DNA of 64,000 nucleotides from an uncultured Methanoregulaceae archaeon (GCA_963737635.1 CAVTTL010000001.1:1280001-1344000), one strand, 5' to 3'; counted from the first letter of the stretch, positions 51,471-63,937 are shown. Numbers and translations are program-made. Notes: generated by a model from the sequence alone, not told the origin.

Positions 51471-51803
51471 TTACATTTTTGATTGGTCGAAAGTAATATT
51501 TGCTCCTGCCGGGACCTTTGTCTTCTTCCTTTTCGCGTCGGGAAAAACTTCTTTGGATTTTTCCTTTATGGCCTTCCGGCCCGCACCGGCAACTTTTGCT
51601 GTCTCCTCTTCGGCATAGATGCCAAGGAAACAATCTACCGGGTTTTTCCCGCCCTGACACAGATCATTCTTTTTGTCTTCACATTCGCTGCATGTAGGAA
51701 CATGAGACGGGAGAAGATGAGGGAAGTGGATCTTCCAGAGTTCCGGATCGATCTTTCCTTCTTCGAGGAATTTTTTCACATGCCGTGGCGTATACTTCAT
51801 CAC
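51471..51803 (-). CDS. Hypothetical basic protein with 4 Cys (possible metal site)
   Basis: CSEC-x7-C-x8-C, Lys-rich C-terminal half. Confidence 0.6.
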   Translation of the reverse strand: MMKYTPRHVKKFLEEGKIDPELWKIHFPHLLPSHVPTCSECEDKKNDLCQGGKNPVDCFLGIYAEEETAKVAGAGRKAIKEKSKEVFPDAKRKKTKVPAGANITFDQSKM

Positions 51804-51902
51804 TGATCTTATTGTACTGATGATTTCTTATCTGTATCTCAGACTCAAAATTTGGATACTTCTGCGGCATTATTTTATTGCATTCTCATGGGGAAGAGAA
51901 AT

Positions 51903-53895
51903 TCAAAAAAAGGTTCCCATCAACATAAAAACCGAAAGATTTGCTTGGGCCTGGGCAAGATCTTTTGTACTTTTCTCGATAACCGGATGGAACTTGGCCC
52001 GGCTTTTGAGGATCTTCTGCTGGGTTGAGTACAGTTTTTCGATGCCGGTTAAGATTTCACGTTCAACCGGCCGGATTTTTGGCTGGAACGTATGGATCAG
52101 GCCCTGAATATCTGACGCGGAGGCGTATGTATCCTCATCAAAGACGAACCTGCCCTCCTGCTGTTTTCTCCATTTCATCAGATCACTTTTCAAAACTGTG
52201 TCCAAACCCGGTATATTCGTGATTTTCTGCGGGATGATGTCTGCCGCAGTCTCTATACCAAACGACCGGAGTGCGGCCTTCTGGTTCTCGCTGAGCCTGG
52301 GTGATGTGCAGGTTTCGATAAAACAGTTCTCCAGGAATTTCTTCTGTTGTTTATCCCTTGAAGTATGCTGGATGCTGACCAATGCGTTCTTGTATTCACG
52401 CTCAATCGTCTCATATTTTTCTTTGGAAGCCGTAAGTGCCTTTAGCCGGTTGATAAATTCTGTATCTCCAGCTTCGGCTTTCCATTTTTTATCCCAGAGC
52501 TGCCAGCTGTACCGGGCGTCCTCGAACGCTTTTTTCCGGCGTTTCTTTTCCGTCTTGTCCCTGCCCGGAACTATCTGGAGAAGCCCTGCGATACCAACCG
52601 GTACAAGGTTGATACTGTCTTTGAGGCTATAGGACCCACCACTCTCCGTTAATAACCGGAGCATCAGGATAGCGCTGGTAACCAGAAGCAGGGCTTGGGC
52701 AGGCTCTGCGTACCTTTCCCATCCTGACCGCCCGTGCGATCTCCCGGGAGAGTGGCGCGGGAAGACAGTGGTACTTCCGCGGGTTGATCTCGGGGATGGG
52801 TCCCGGCGGTTTAATAGCAAGAACCTTCTGCCATTCTGAGGCGACATCGATCCTCGAGATCGCATCCGAACTCAGGAACAAGAGGACTCCGGAACTATTT
52901 TCCAAGCTGCACCACGGACAGGAGGAAAGGCCGGTATAATAGGTGTGCATGGATTCGGTCGTGCACTTTTTGAGTCTTTTTTCTAGTGCATCAAGCACAT
53001 TCCACCAGTCATTTGCGCTCGGGCGCCCCCAGGATTGGGTCCCGGATTCTGTGAATGCCTGCTCAAAAAGGCTGGAAATCTCACTAGGAACCACTGATAG
53101 TCCGACCGAGTTTGGCGGTGGCGCCATTGCCCTGAGTGCTGCGTTCCTGCCAAATGCAAACCGGTGCTCGGCAATTGCCCGTTCGATCGGCATATCATCA
53201 TTTCCCTTGTAAACCCCGGAGAACGGATGTCTGCCCATAAAGAGCAAAAGGAAGATGAGGATCGCCAGCCCGAAGTTATCATGATTCTGCGTGCGCAGTA
53301 TCTTAAAATCCTTTGACTTCTGGAGCTCGGGTGGCGTGAACTGGGCGACCCCCACTTCACAGAAATAAGTCCTGTCATTGGTCTGTACCTGAAACGAGTC
53401 GCAATCGATCAGCCTTACGCATGCCTTTTTCGTGACAAGGATGTTTCCTTCATTAACGTCCCCAACGACGTACCCGTACTTATGAATAATGTAGAACGCG
53501 GCAGCGAGGTTTTTTGCCGTCCTCACCAGAAATTTCCAGTCTGCGTTCGGGAAGGACTCCTTCCGGTGCGAAGGGCCGTATACCCGGTGGATCGGTTCGC
53601 AATCGGTGATCCTCGGCATAATAAATCCGCATACCGGGCCATTTTTACCATCACGGAGCAGGTCGAGAGGCCATGCAGCAAATTCCTTTAACTCTTCGTT
53701 GCAGCCACTTACCATCAGACTGAGTTTTTCCTGTCGCTCCCCGGTGAGCGGCTTGTGGTAGATTTTGGCCAATACGTCCCTGCGGTGGGGCGCGATCTCG
53801 TAGACATCCCCTTCACCACCGCTTCCCACTTTTTTCCCAAGACTGACATGGGCATCCCTGCTGTCGAAAAGGTTGTAGTACGGCGATGGACTCAT
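51903..53895 (-). CDS. YegI-like Ser/Thr kinase with TM region and C-terminal HhH-like domain (frameshift near 52700)
   Basis: GSGGEG.VY, AKIYH, VVGDVNEGNILV, LIDCDSFQ, FTPPELQ, DNFGLA and GRHPF; C-part LRSFGIETAADI..IPG in another frame. Confidence 0.85.
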
Positions 53896-53906
53896 TGCTT
53901 TTCAGC

Positions 53907-54671
53907 TCACGGGGATTTCACGGCAAGGATCAGAGTCTTGTCGTCATCGCTTCGCGCATTCACGTCATCCCGGGAAAGCAACACGCTCAGGTGTGTGATG
54001 AGATTCCCACATCCGTTCTCAGGTTCATTCCTGAGTGCTGCAAACAGGGGCCGGAAAAACCCCTCGTGCACAGTGCGGCTGGAAAAAGAGAGTACCAGGT
54101 TCTGGAGACCGTCGGTAAAGAGGGCAAGCTCTTCCGGGGGATTATCCTTGCGATCTATTTTGATATGCTCCAGAAAATCATCATCGGTAATAAAACATGT
54201 CGTATTCGCATATTCACCCTGTTCCGGCCAGAAGACCGTGCGGTAACCGCCTTTTTCGCCCATCACAATACAACCGTCCCCGATCTGGAAAGAGAGTGTA
54301 TGATCGTTTGCAACTACAACGCCGATCAGCGTGCAGGCATAGTCTTTTACCCGCTGGCCCTCTTCTTTGGCCCGGGCGACGATCGCTTCCCGGGACATAG
54401 AAATCCAAGCCTTGATGTCGTCGTTTGCGATGGACGAAAAATGTTCCTCCTTTCTGATAGTGGAAAGGATCTGAAGGTACATTGATTCGCAGACGATCTC
54501 TGCACCATTCCCCCCATGGGTCGTACTACCTGCGCCATCGGCGGCAAGGCCGATAAAAAAATTCCGGTCCGAGACCCGGATGGCCCCGGTCCGGTGATAA
54601 TCCTGCCCCGGCTCGTTCCGGTCGCTGTGCGATTTTCCCGTAACCGACAAAGAGAGGTGTTTCCAGGTCAT
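53907..54671 (-). CDS. PP2C-like phosphatase (YegK/PphC-like)
   Basis: SVTGKSH..QD, ADGAGS, ACTL, QIGDG, GEYANTT, FTDGL and DDKTL. Confidence 0.9.
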   Translation of the reverse strand: MTWKHLSLSVTGKSHSDRNEPGQDYHRTGAIRVSDRNFFIGLAADGAGSTTHGGNGAEIVCESMYLQILSTIRKEEHFSSIANDDIKAWISMSREAIVARAKEEGQRVKDYACTLIGVVVANDHTLSFQIGDGCIVMGEKGGYRTVFWPEQGEYANTTCFITDDDFLEHIKIDRKDNPPEELALFTDGLQNLVLSFSSRTVHEGFFRPLFAALRNEPENGCGNLITHLSVLLSRDDVNARSDDDKTLILAVKSP

Positions 54672-55342
54672 ATCTCGCTCCACCCTGACGGTGGAGAGAG
54701 CAGGATCCTGTCTCCTGGATTGCTTCGTGAAGCTGATTTCATGGAATTGGAGAGCCACTGGAAGAATTCCCTGAATTTAAGGCCCTGGAGTTTGAGCGGC
54801 TGCCGGACTGAGATCTGCCGGAGTACAGACATATCTGCATTCTGGACACCGACCGCAAAGAAGGCAAACGACTTCGAACTTTCGCCTTCCCTTACCGCTG
54901 CGGCAGCACGCTGCCATTCGTCTGTCGGGGAACCGTCAGTAATGAGAAAGATCCATGGCCGGTAGAAGGAGATTCCGTTAGCCCGGTATTCCTCTTTGCG
55001 CTTCTTCACCAAATCGATTCCTTTCAGGATTGCCTCACCAAGCGGTGTATCCCCTTCGGCTTCAAGCGTAGGATCGAGGAAGAAATCCGCAGTATTGAAC
55101 TCAGAGATGACCCTGACTGGCCCAAAGGAGACCAGCGCCACTTCAACCCTTTTTACTGCAAGAGAATCGCTCTGAAGTTCCTCGTAAAAGGATCGCAGGC
55201 CGGTATTGAGTTCTGCGATTGCCTTTCCCGCCATGGAACCGGATGTATCCAGCAACAGGAGGCAGGGACACCGGGGTTCTGGGTTTTCTGCGAAGGTAAC
55301 GGATCCCAGCGGCTGCTGGTCATACATCGTGTCGTCACTCAT
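54668..55342 (-). CDS. vWA-domain protein (TerY/YegL-like)
   Basis: [44 protein letters not shown] and FFQWLS.S..S.S.PG. Confidence 0.92.
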   Translation of the reverse strand: MSDDTMYDQQPLGSVTFAENPEPRCPCLLLLDTSGSMAGKAIAELNTGLRSFYEELQSDSLAVKRVEVALVSFGPVRVISEFNTADFFLDPTLEAEGDTPLGEAILKGIDLVKKRKEEYRANGISFYRPWIFLITDGSPTDEWQRAAAAVREGESSKSFAFFAVGVQNADMSVLRQISVRQPLKLQGLKFREFFQWLSNSMKSASRSNPGDRILLSPPSGWSEI

Positions 55343-55560
55343 CTGGTCTCTCCTGTATTCACTTATCATATCAACGACTAACTGTATATCTTTGTTGAGG
55401 CTGACATGCCCTGATGGTTTCGTATAGCGGTCAGCAATTTTCTTTCTGATGAAGATTGCGTTTCTTGGAAAATATCCCGAACACTAAAAAACTCTATGTC
55501 CTTTCGCGGGATCAACTTCGAAAAATTTCTGCCAAGGATCTGCCCGAAAAGAGAGGAAGG

Positions 55561-57214
55561 TTAATACTTTCGGTACAGGGCAATGCCGGCGACGACCCCG
55601 CAGCCGATGAGTGCGGAGAGCACGTCATATCCGGGCGACTTGGGGGTTGGTGTTGCCGTGGCAATAGCCTGTTGTTGTGCAAGCCAAGAGTTTACCGAGC
55701 CAGTAGTGGATGTAGCGCCAATCGCAAAGGTAGGTGCCGTTGTCGGCAACGACGTAGGAATGGTTGTCGCCCCTCCAGCGCCTACAGTTATGGTCTGAGT
55801 AGCGATATTTGTGCTGGTGCCCTCGGAGTTAGTAACCGTAAGGGTGACCGTATAGGTTCCTGCATTCTGGTACGTTTTGGATGGATTTTGCAGATTACTC
55901 GTACCCCCGTCTCCGAATGTCCATGCCCATGAAGTGGGTGACCCGGTTGATTCATCCGTAAACTGGACGTTAAGAGGAGGATTGCCTGAGGTGGGCGATT
56001 CCTCAAAGGCAGCGACCGGTATTGTTGGTCCGATGACGATATATCCTGTCATCGTCGTTGTGTTGCTCCCAAGCGAATTTTCTTCTGTCAGAGATACGGA
56101 ATAGGTTCCGTTGTTTATGTATGTGTTGGTCGGATTTTCCAAAGTGCTGGTATTACCATCCCCGAAATTCCAGCTCCAGGATGCCGGGTTCCCGGTTGAT
56201 TCGTCAGTGAATTGGACGGTAAGGGGTGCTGTACCGGACATCGGTGAACCATAAAATATCGGTAGTGGAACTGTCGTTGCTGCCGCGGCGAAGGTGTATT
56301 TGTCACCGGCGACTGCTGAGGATGTGCCGCTGGGTGTCGTAACTATTACGTCAACCGTTCCAGCTGCTTCAGCCGGAGTAGTTGCGGTAATTTCTGTATC
56401 ACTAACAACGGTGAAGCTGGTTGCCTCTGTGCCGCCTACGGTCACTGCAGTCGCCCCGGTGAAGCCTGTCCCGGTTATAGTTATTGTGGTGCCGGTGGAA
56501 ACCGGGCCGTATGTCGGTGAGACACTCGTTACTGCTGGGACTGTAGAGGTTGTCGTTGCCCCCGCATTCACAGTTATAGTTGTGGTCTGAGTGCTAGGTA
56601 CTACTGGGAAGAACGCCGCCATCTCCGATTGTGAGGTACACGGAATAGGTTCCAGCGGTCGTGTATGTGTATGACGGACTCTCATTACTAGCCGTATTTC
56701 CGCTGTTCGTACCTCCGTCACCGAATGACCAATCCCATGTGGTTGGGGATCCGGTGGATGTATCCATAAACTGCACAGTGAGAGGGGCAGTACCTGAGGT
56801 GGGCGACGCTGTGAATGAAGCAACTAATGGTGTGGCAGTAGTTGTAGCGGTTGTAGTCGCTGCTATTGGCGCATTCACCGTAATGGTCTGGGTAGCGGTA
56901 TTGGTGCTACTGCCCGCGGAGTTAGTCGCGATGAGAGATGCACTATAGGATCCTGCATAGTTGTACGTGTACGATGGGCTCTGAATTGTACTCTTATTTC
57001 CGTCTCCAAATGCCCAGCTCCATGATATAGGAGAATTCGTGGATTGATCCGTGAACTGTACAGTAAGCGGTGCAGTACCCGAGATTGGCGTCGCCGCGAA
57101 TACTGCAGTGGGTACGTTTAGTACCGGTGTGCTATCTGCAACGACTGGGACAACAACGCAGGCGATACAGACTAGCAGAATGCATCCCACAATGACGATG
57201 CACCTGGAATTCAA
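55561..57214 (-). CDS. Surface protein with four PKD repeats, an IPT/TIG domain and a PGF-CTERM-like tail (frameshift near 56610)
   Basis: Signal peptide; repeated G.APLTVQF.D.S...W.W.FGDG; VTSVSP..GP..GT.ITITGTGF; KSPGY plus TM plus RK. Confidence 0.9.
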
Positions 57215-57517
57215 GGGACTTCCTCCTTAAGATTACCATTTATTGGCTGCTTCTCGATCAGGCAGGTCATAGAACTCATTATTCCCAAGAGCGATAGCAT
57301 ATTCACCCAGTGCAGCTGAGGGATTTTCGCTTACAGCTTTGCTGACCGCATTGTAAGTGTAGGTAACTATCGCACTTTTTGTAAAATAAAGGTTACATTT
57401 TGTAGTATAAACATTCTACTGAGTGTTTACTGACTTACCTTATCCCCGGCCGACCCCCTTTAGGCTAGTTCTCGTGCATTGGAACGGTCAGACCTAGCGA
57501 TTATTTCTTGATTTACC

Positions 57518-58396
57518 TTATCGCATGTTCTTTGACGGCGTTCGTTGGCTGCCGGAACCCGCGGGGATTTCAAGAAAATCCAGCAGTGCCTTGTTGAGTT
57601 GCCCGGCATGGGTCCAGTTCAGGCCGTGTGGCCCGCCCTCCACAACCACAAGCCGGCTTCCCGGGATTGCTTCGTGAGTTCGTTTTCCTGTAACTTCAAA
57701 AGGACAGATCCGATCGGAATCGCCATGGACAATAAGCGTTGGTATCGTAATCTTCGAAAGATCATTCCGGAAATCGGTCAGCCATGCTGTTACACAATCT
57801 AAAGTACCCATCGGGGATGCAGTGACTGCAGTATACCAGCTGAGCCGGAGAGCTTCATCAGTGACGAGCTTCCCACCAAAAATGTCAGCGTTATAGAAAT
57901 TATGGAAAAACTGGGTCAGGAATGACGGGCGATCCCCGACTATCCCCTGCTTGATCCCCTCAAAGACGCTTTCATCGACCCCCTCAGGATTGTCACGGGC
58001 TTTTACCAGATACGGCGGGATCGCGGAGATAAACACCGCTTTACTTACGCGCCGGGAGCCCATGGTGCCAAGATACCGGGCAACCTCACCGCCTCCCATG
58101 GAAAACCCGACCAATGCTACATCGTTCAGGTTGAGTGTCGTCATCAGCTTATCAAGGTCTTGCGCGAGAGTGTCATAATCATAGCCCTTCACTGGTTTAC
58201 TGGATCGACCAAACCCTCTCCTGTCGTACGAAATGACCCTATACCCTGCGTTAAGCAAGACAGGTACCTGCTTTTCCCAGGATGCCCCGGAAAGCGGCCA
58301 CCCATGGATCAGAACCACCGGTGTTCCTTTTCCATGATCCTCATAATAGAGATCGATCTCTCCTGAATTTTCTTTCCCGACAGTAATATACGGCAT
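57518..58396 (-). CDS. Non-heme chloroperoxidase/arylesterase-type alpha/beta hydrolase
   Basis: LYYEDHG.G.PVVLIHGWP, YDRRGFG, GFSMGG, HGDSD and GPHG. Confidence 0.92.
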   Translation of the reverse strand: MPYITVGKENSGEIDLYYEDHGKGTPVVLIHGWPLSGASWEKQVPVLLNAGYRVISYDRRGFGRSSKPVKGYDYDTLAQDLDKLMTTLNLNDVALVGFSMGGGEVARYLGTMGSRRVSKAVFISAIPPYLVKARDNPEGVDESVFEGIKQGIVGDRPSFLTQFFHNFYNADIFGGKLVTDEALRLSWYTAVTASPMGTLDCVTAWLTDFRNDLSKITIPTLIVHGDSDRICPFEVTGKRTHEAIPGSRLVVVEGGPHGLNWTHAGQLNKALLDFLEIPAGSGSQRTPSKNMR

Positions 58397-58974
58397 CTTT
58401 CATCTCCTTTCAATGATGTACCTGCCTCATGTTGCATCTTCAATAAATTGATTTACACAATTTCCATTTTGAGAAACACTATTTGCAACTTTCAGAAAAA
58501 TCCGTGCCTTTGATCTGGCGATGATTGAAACGGGTACAGCCTCGGTCTGCAGCTGGCCGATTTTCTTCCTTATTTAGGCTCATTTTGTTCATTTATATTT
58601 GTATAATGAATATTATGTCAATCCGGCAAAATCACCATCCTTTTATACCCCTTTGTTTCCATTGGAAAAAAAGCAAATATTGCTTTGTTTTAATTATTAA
58701 ACGCAAATCATAGACTATTTTAAAGAGTCTTGATGGAGATTTACCTAAACCTATAAAAGAGGAAACGAATACTAATCGTTTGTGCAAATATATCCAATAG
58801 TCATTATAATAAATTTGGGTTAACTGCAGGGCGCTTCTTTGCAATAAAAAATGAAATGATTGCATGTCAACGAGAAAACACGGTTTTTTTTCTTATTATT
58901 GGCTATACATTGCGATGTCCTATCCAAAGATTAACAAAAAAGCCCGGCTCAGGTTCTCCTGAGAAAGCATCATT

Positions 58975-59775
58975 ATGAAATATCCCTTCCTCATATCGAT
59001 CCCGCATGGAGGTGTTGAGATCCCGGAGGAGGTCGCTGGCCGATTCGCTCTTTCGGTACAGGAGATATCATGGTACTGTGATCCCGCCACCCGGACTCTC
59101 TTTGATTTCGGTCAGTTTGTGGAGGCTTTGATAGATACCGAGGTCTCCCGGATGGTTATCGATCTTAACCGTCCTCCGCTGCCACTCCCCCCCCGGGACC
59201 CGGATGGGGTCATCAAAGTAAGGACTGTCGATGGCCGCCAGGTCTACAGGCCCGGACAACTGCCTGACATCTCCCTGATTCACAGGCTGATGCTGAAATG
59301 GTATTTCCCTTATCACCAAAGCATCGATGAGCTTATCGACAAAAATTCTGTGCGCATCGCGTTTGACTGCCATTCGATGTTACCCTATGGATCGGCAGAA
59401 CAGAATGATGCCGGTAAACGCAGGCCCCTGATCTGCCTTGGGAACTACGGTGACGAGAACGGCCAGGCAAAGCTTGGAAGCCTTACTACCTGTCCCTCGG
59501 AATGGATCGCGCGTCTTGCAGATGCATTTAGGGAGGAGTTCCGCGGAACCGGTGAAGTGGCAATTAACACCCCATTCTCAGGAGGATTTATTTCAAACGC
59601 CCATTACTGGCGTAAAGGCATCCCCTGGATCCAGATAGAGATAAACCGGGCACTCTACGAATATGAAGCTCCTCTTGCCCAGCAACCTGCAGTAATAGAA
59701 GGCCAGATTCCTGAATTACGCTGTAAGATCGGGGAGATCCTGACCCGGTTCTGGGATGGAATTTCAGACGAGTGA
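58975..59775 (+). CDS. N-formylglutamate amidohydrolase family protein
   Basis: SIPHGG, SRMVIDLNR, YFPYH, DCHSM, NTPFSGG and IQIEINRALY. Confidence 0.88.
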   Translation: MKYPFLISIPHGGVEIPEEVAGRFALSVQEISWYCDPATRTLFDFGQFVEALIDTEVSRMVIDLNRPPLPLPPRDPDGVIKVRTVDGRQVYRPGQLPDISLIHRLMLKWYFPYHQSIDELIDKNSVRIAFDCHSMLPYGSAEQNDAGKRRPLICLGNYGDENGQAKLGSLTTCPSEWIARLADAFREEFRGTGEVAINTPFSGGFISNAHYWRKGIPWIQIEINRALYEYEAPLAQQPAVIEGQIPELRCKIGEILTRFWDGISDE

Positions 59776-60189
59776 CTTGTGAAGAGAGCGCCCGTGATTG
59801 ATGCAGCTTTATAAGACGATTTTCATGCGCGAGTCTTTTCCCGGGATTTTTTCCTTAATCTCCAAAATGAATCATCGGAAGCGCGGAAATACGGGAAACA
59901 AGATTTTGATCGCGGTCATGAAGGGAGGATTTGCCCGGCTAAAAAACTGGTGATCAGATCATTGGCAATTCGGCTGAATTGGATAGGTATGGAATTATGT
60001 CGGTACACCGGGCGAATATGGTAATTGTTGCTGGTCCGGGGCACTTTTTTGAACAATTAATATTAAGAATTAAACCATGTACTATTTTTTATAAATCGGG
60101 CGATTATTTGTTGGAAATTTACGAAAAAACCGGAAATCCGGGGGCTGGAAGATATAGAATTAAATGGGATCAGGTGAGAACAATCGTTA

Positions 60190-62866
60190 ATGATTTCCCT
60201 GCTCTATGTCGATGACGAGCCAGCACTGCTGGATCTGTGCCGGCTTTTTTTAGAGCAGGAAGAAGACCTATCTGTCTCTACGGTATCGTCTGTTGGCGAA
60301 GCTCTTACCCGGATCGCCACAGGGAAGTTTGATGCCATTATATCTGATTACCAGATGCCCGAGATTGATGGCATTACGTTCCTTCGTAACGTACGCCAGA
60401 AGTATCCCGACATGCCATTTATCCTGTTTTCCGGCAGGGGTCGGGAAGAAGTCGTGATCGAGGCAATCAACGGTGGCGCGGATTCCTATGTCCAGAAAGG
60501 AGGAGATCCGGAATCACAGTTCAAGGAGTTATCTCATCGTGTCCGTCAGATCGTCCGGCGGAGAAAAGCTGAAACCGAACTGCGACTGATGAAGTTTTCT
60601 GTCGATCATGCGTCTGAGGGAATCGTCTGGATGCACATGAACGGTGAAATTACCTATTACAACGATGCTATATGCACTATGCTTGGCTATACATCGCAGG
60701 AGTTTTCCCGGCTCACAGTTTCAGATATCAAGCAGAGTTTTTCCCCTCATTCTCTTTCATCAGAATGGAATAAACTGCTCACCTGTAAATGCGCCACCGT
60801 AGAAGAAATTCTCGTAAAAAAAGATGGATCGTTTCTTCCGGTCGAACTGGTGCTCAACTATAATGAACAGGGATCGGAATCGTTGATCTTCGCATTTGTC
60901 CGGGACATCAGCGAGCGGCGGCGTTCTGAGCAGGAGCTCAAAGAAGCATTCCACCAGTTGATGCTGACTGAGGACGGGCTGCAACAGCAGTTTGTGGAAC
61001 TCAAAAAAAGCGACGATGCGATGTGGGCGATAGGCCAGCGGTACGAGATGCTTTCAGAACAAAGCGATGTCTGGATCTGGGAGAGTACTGCTGACGGCAG
61101 GCTCACCAGCTCGAGCGCTCAGGTCCACGATCTTCTTGGTTACAGACCGAGTGAACTGGCGGGAAAAACATTTGCAGAGCTCCTAGTCCCGGCCGATGCA
61201 GCCCGGGCCGCTGCCGAACTTGCCGAAGTCATGATAAAAAAAGAGGCGTTCCATTCACTTCTCCTGCGGGTAGCACACCGCGACGGACGGGAGATTATGC
61301 TTGAGCTTACCGGAATGCCCATTCTTTCCCGGAATAGAGTTTTTTCAGGATTTTACGGTATCGCCCGTGATTTTTCCTGTGAAACGTTTTCCGTAACGTC
61401 CCATCCTTTGCATATACCCGGCTACAGACTCCCTGCTGGAACAGGCAGGCGACGCGATCTTTATTGCCGATGCACGGACCGGTGTGCTCATTGATGCAAA
61501 CCAGAAAGCTCTTCACCTGGTGAACCGGACGCTCCCCGAACTCCTTGCAATGCAGGAATCCGCGCTTTACCCTGGAGGCGGAGAAGTGGATCAGGCAGAT
61601 CAGATCCGGCCAGGTCACGATGAAGAGTCAGGAATTTCTGAAGAGGTGATCGTTGACCGGGATGGAAATCGTATACCGGTGATCGTAAGCACCAAAATGC
61701 TTCTGATAGGTGACCGGCGAGCTTCGCATTGGGATATATCACGATATATCGGATCTCCGGGCCATCCGGGAGACCCTTCGGGAGAAGACTGGCGAGCTTG
61801 ACCGTTTTTTCACTACCGGTCCCGATTTGCTTTGCATCTTGGATACCGGAGGCAGATTTTTACGGCTCAATCCTGCCGGTGAAGCCCTTCTCGGCTGTGG
61901 AATCCGAACGCAGGACGTCCTGTCGCTTGTCGAGATCGTGCATACCGATGATCGCGCAGCCACCCGTACAACACTCCACCGCATGGGTCGGGGAGGAAAG
62001 CTGTCACTTTTGTCAACCGGATTATGTACCCTGGTGGTTCCTTCCGGTGGATCGAATGGCGGGCGTTCATGTCGGGAAGGAAACAGATCTATGCGATTGC
62101 ACGGGACCTGACTGATCAGAAAAAGGTGGAAGAAGCCCTTGCTCTGGCAAACCGTAAACTCAACCTGCTCACCGATCTTACCGGTCATGATATCAGGAAC
62201 AAATTAACTGTGCTGATGGGATATTTCGATCTCTTCCAAAACTGCCCGGGCGAACCGTACTTTTCAATGTATACGGAAAAGATCAATGAAACGATCGCTG
62301 CTATTTCCGCCCAAGTGGAATTTACCCGGATCTATCAGAACCTCGGAATGTCAGCCCCAGGATGGACCAATGTTCACAATCTGTTCTGTAAAATCTGCCG
62401 GCAGCTGGAGATATCTTCCGGTTCTGTTGCTTCGATTCCTGATGGGTGGGAGATCTTTACCGATCCGCTGATCGATCGGGTCTTTTACACTCTTGTAGAT
62501 AACGCATTCCACTATGGCACGACACTTACGGAAATCCGCCGCACTGCATACGAAACTCCGAAAGGTCTTGTTGTAGTTATCGAGGACAACGGTATCGGGA
62601 TCGCGCGGGAAGACAAGGAACGGATATTCAAGAAAGAATGCGAGAGATCTTCCGGCCACAGCCACAATCTTTTTCTGGCCCGTGAGATCCTTTCCATCAC
62701 GGGTATCGTGATCCGGGAGACCGGAAGGGCAGGAAGAGGGGCACGTTTTGAGATGCTTGTGCCAAAAAAGGCGTACAGGATCTTTGTGCCTGTGCCGGAC
62801 CAGTCTAACGGGCACGTGCAAGCCCCAGACTTTATCACCCCTACTCACCATAACCACACATCATGA
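60190..62866 (+). CDS. Hybrid REC-PAS(n)-histidine kinase (about three frameshifts near 61400, 61720 and 62000)
   Basis: LYVDDE/SDYQMP receiver; several PAS repeats continuing across frames; HDIRNKL H-box; DNAFHYG and EDNGIGI HATPase boxes. Confidence 0.85.
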
Positions 62867-63756
62867 TCCGTGAAACATCTCAGGAATTCCTGGACACGCT
62901 CAAATCCTATGTCCCCGATCCCAAGAGGCCGGTCGGTTTAGCCCGACAGGAATTCTCGGATTTTTTTACGGAATTCCAGTATGAGGAACGACCGGCGACA
63001 GAACAGGTTGCGATTAGGGACGATCTGCGGGGTGTATGGTGTTCAGTGCCCGAGGCAGCACCGGATCGGACCCTCCTTTTCTTCCATGGCGGTTTTTTCT
63101 CTGCGGGATCCACCTCGGATCATCTAGGATTCTGCGCCGAGATTGCCAAGGCCACTCAGTCCCGGGTCTTTTCTGTCGATTACCGCTTGGCGCCTGAGCA
63201 TCCCTTCCCAGCGCAGGTTGAAGATGCGTTTGCCGCGTACCGCTATCTTTTAAGCCACGACTGCCTGCCGCACCGGATTATTCCCATTGGCATATCTTCC
63301 GGGGGGACTCTTGTACTCAACCTCCTGATTTCACTCCGCGATCAGCGCCAGATTATGCCCCCAGCTGCCGTTTGCATGTCACCAATGGTTGACCTTTCGT
63401 TCGGCGGTGATTCGATAACTACAAATCAGGACAGCGACTGGCTTACTCCGGCCCGGTTCGATTCGATACGAACGCACTATCTTGCAGGCACCGATCCTGA
63501 AGATTCACGGGCTTCCCCGGTCCATGCCAATCTGTCGGGCCTGCCCCGTCTCTATATCCAGGCTGGCTCCAGTGAGCTCATGTATGATGATATTTCCGCA
63601 TTTGCAAAGAAAGCCAAATGGGCGGGGGTTCAGATCAGATTCGAGATCTGGGAGGGCATGTTTCATTTCTGGCAGATTTTCGGCAGGCAGGTACCTGAGG
63701 CCCGTAATGCGGTTGCCCGTGCGGGAGCCTTTGTACAGGAGACGTTCGGACGATAA
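62863..63756 (+). CDS. HSL-family esterase (alpha/beta hydrolase 3)
   Basis: FFHGG, DYRLAPEHPFPA, GISSGG and GMFH. Confidence 0.9.
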   Translation: MIRETSQEFLDTLKSYVPDPKRPVGLARQEFSDFFTEFQYEERPATEQVAIRDDLRGVWCSVPEAAPDRTLLFFHGGFFSAGSTSDHLGFCAEIAKATQSRVFSVDYRLAPEHPFPAQVEDAFAAYRYLLSHDCLPHRIIPIGISSGGTLVLNLLISLRDQRQIMPPAAVCMSPMVDLSFGGDSITTNQDSDWLTPARFDSIRTHYLAGTDPEDSRASPVHANLSGLPRLYIQAGSSELMYDDISAFAKKAKWAGVQIRFEIWEGMFHFWQIFGRQVPEARNAVARAGAFVQETFGR

Positions 63757-63937
63757 ATCTGGTCCCGGCTGAGATGTAAATCTTCGTTCTTCCGAAGTAT
63801 CTGGAGATTTTTATTTTCACCGGATGCGCGATGGATGCGGCAGGACAGGCTTAAACATCTTTTGCACGCAGCGCAAGCCGAGAGCCCCTGAAAAGGTAAA
63901 AAAAACATTCATCCCATAAGAATTCCAATAAAGAACT

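Noticed and set aside
55780-57100. Repeated DNA segments suggesting a repeat array
   Set aside because: They are diverged coding PKD domain repeats, not CRISPR or mobile repeats.
58400-58970. 570-bp AT-rich stretch as a possible origin, ncRNA or foreign insert
   Set aside because: It lies between divergent genes, with no ORB-like repeats, cdc6 gene or terminal repeats visible; it fits a promoter region, and its small ORFs look spurious.
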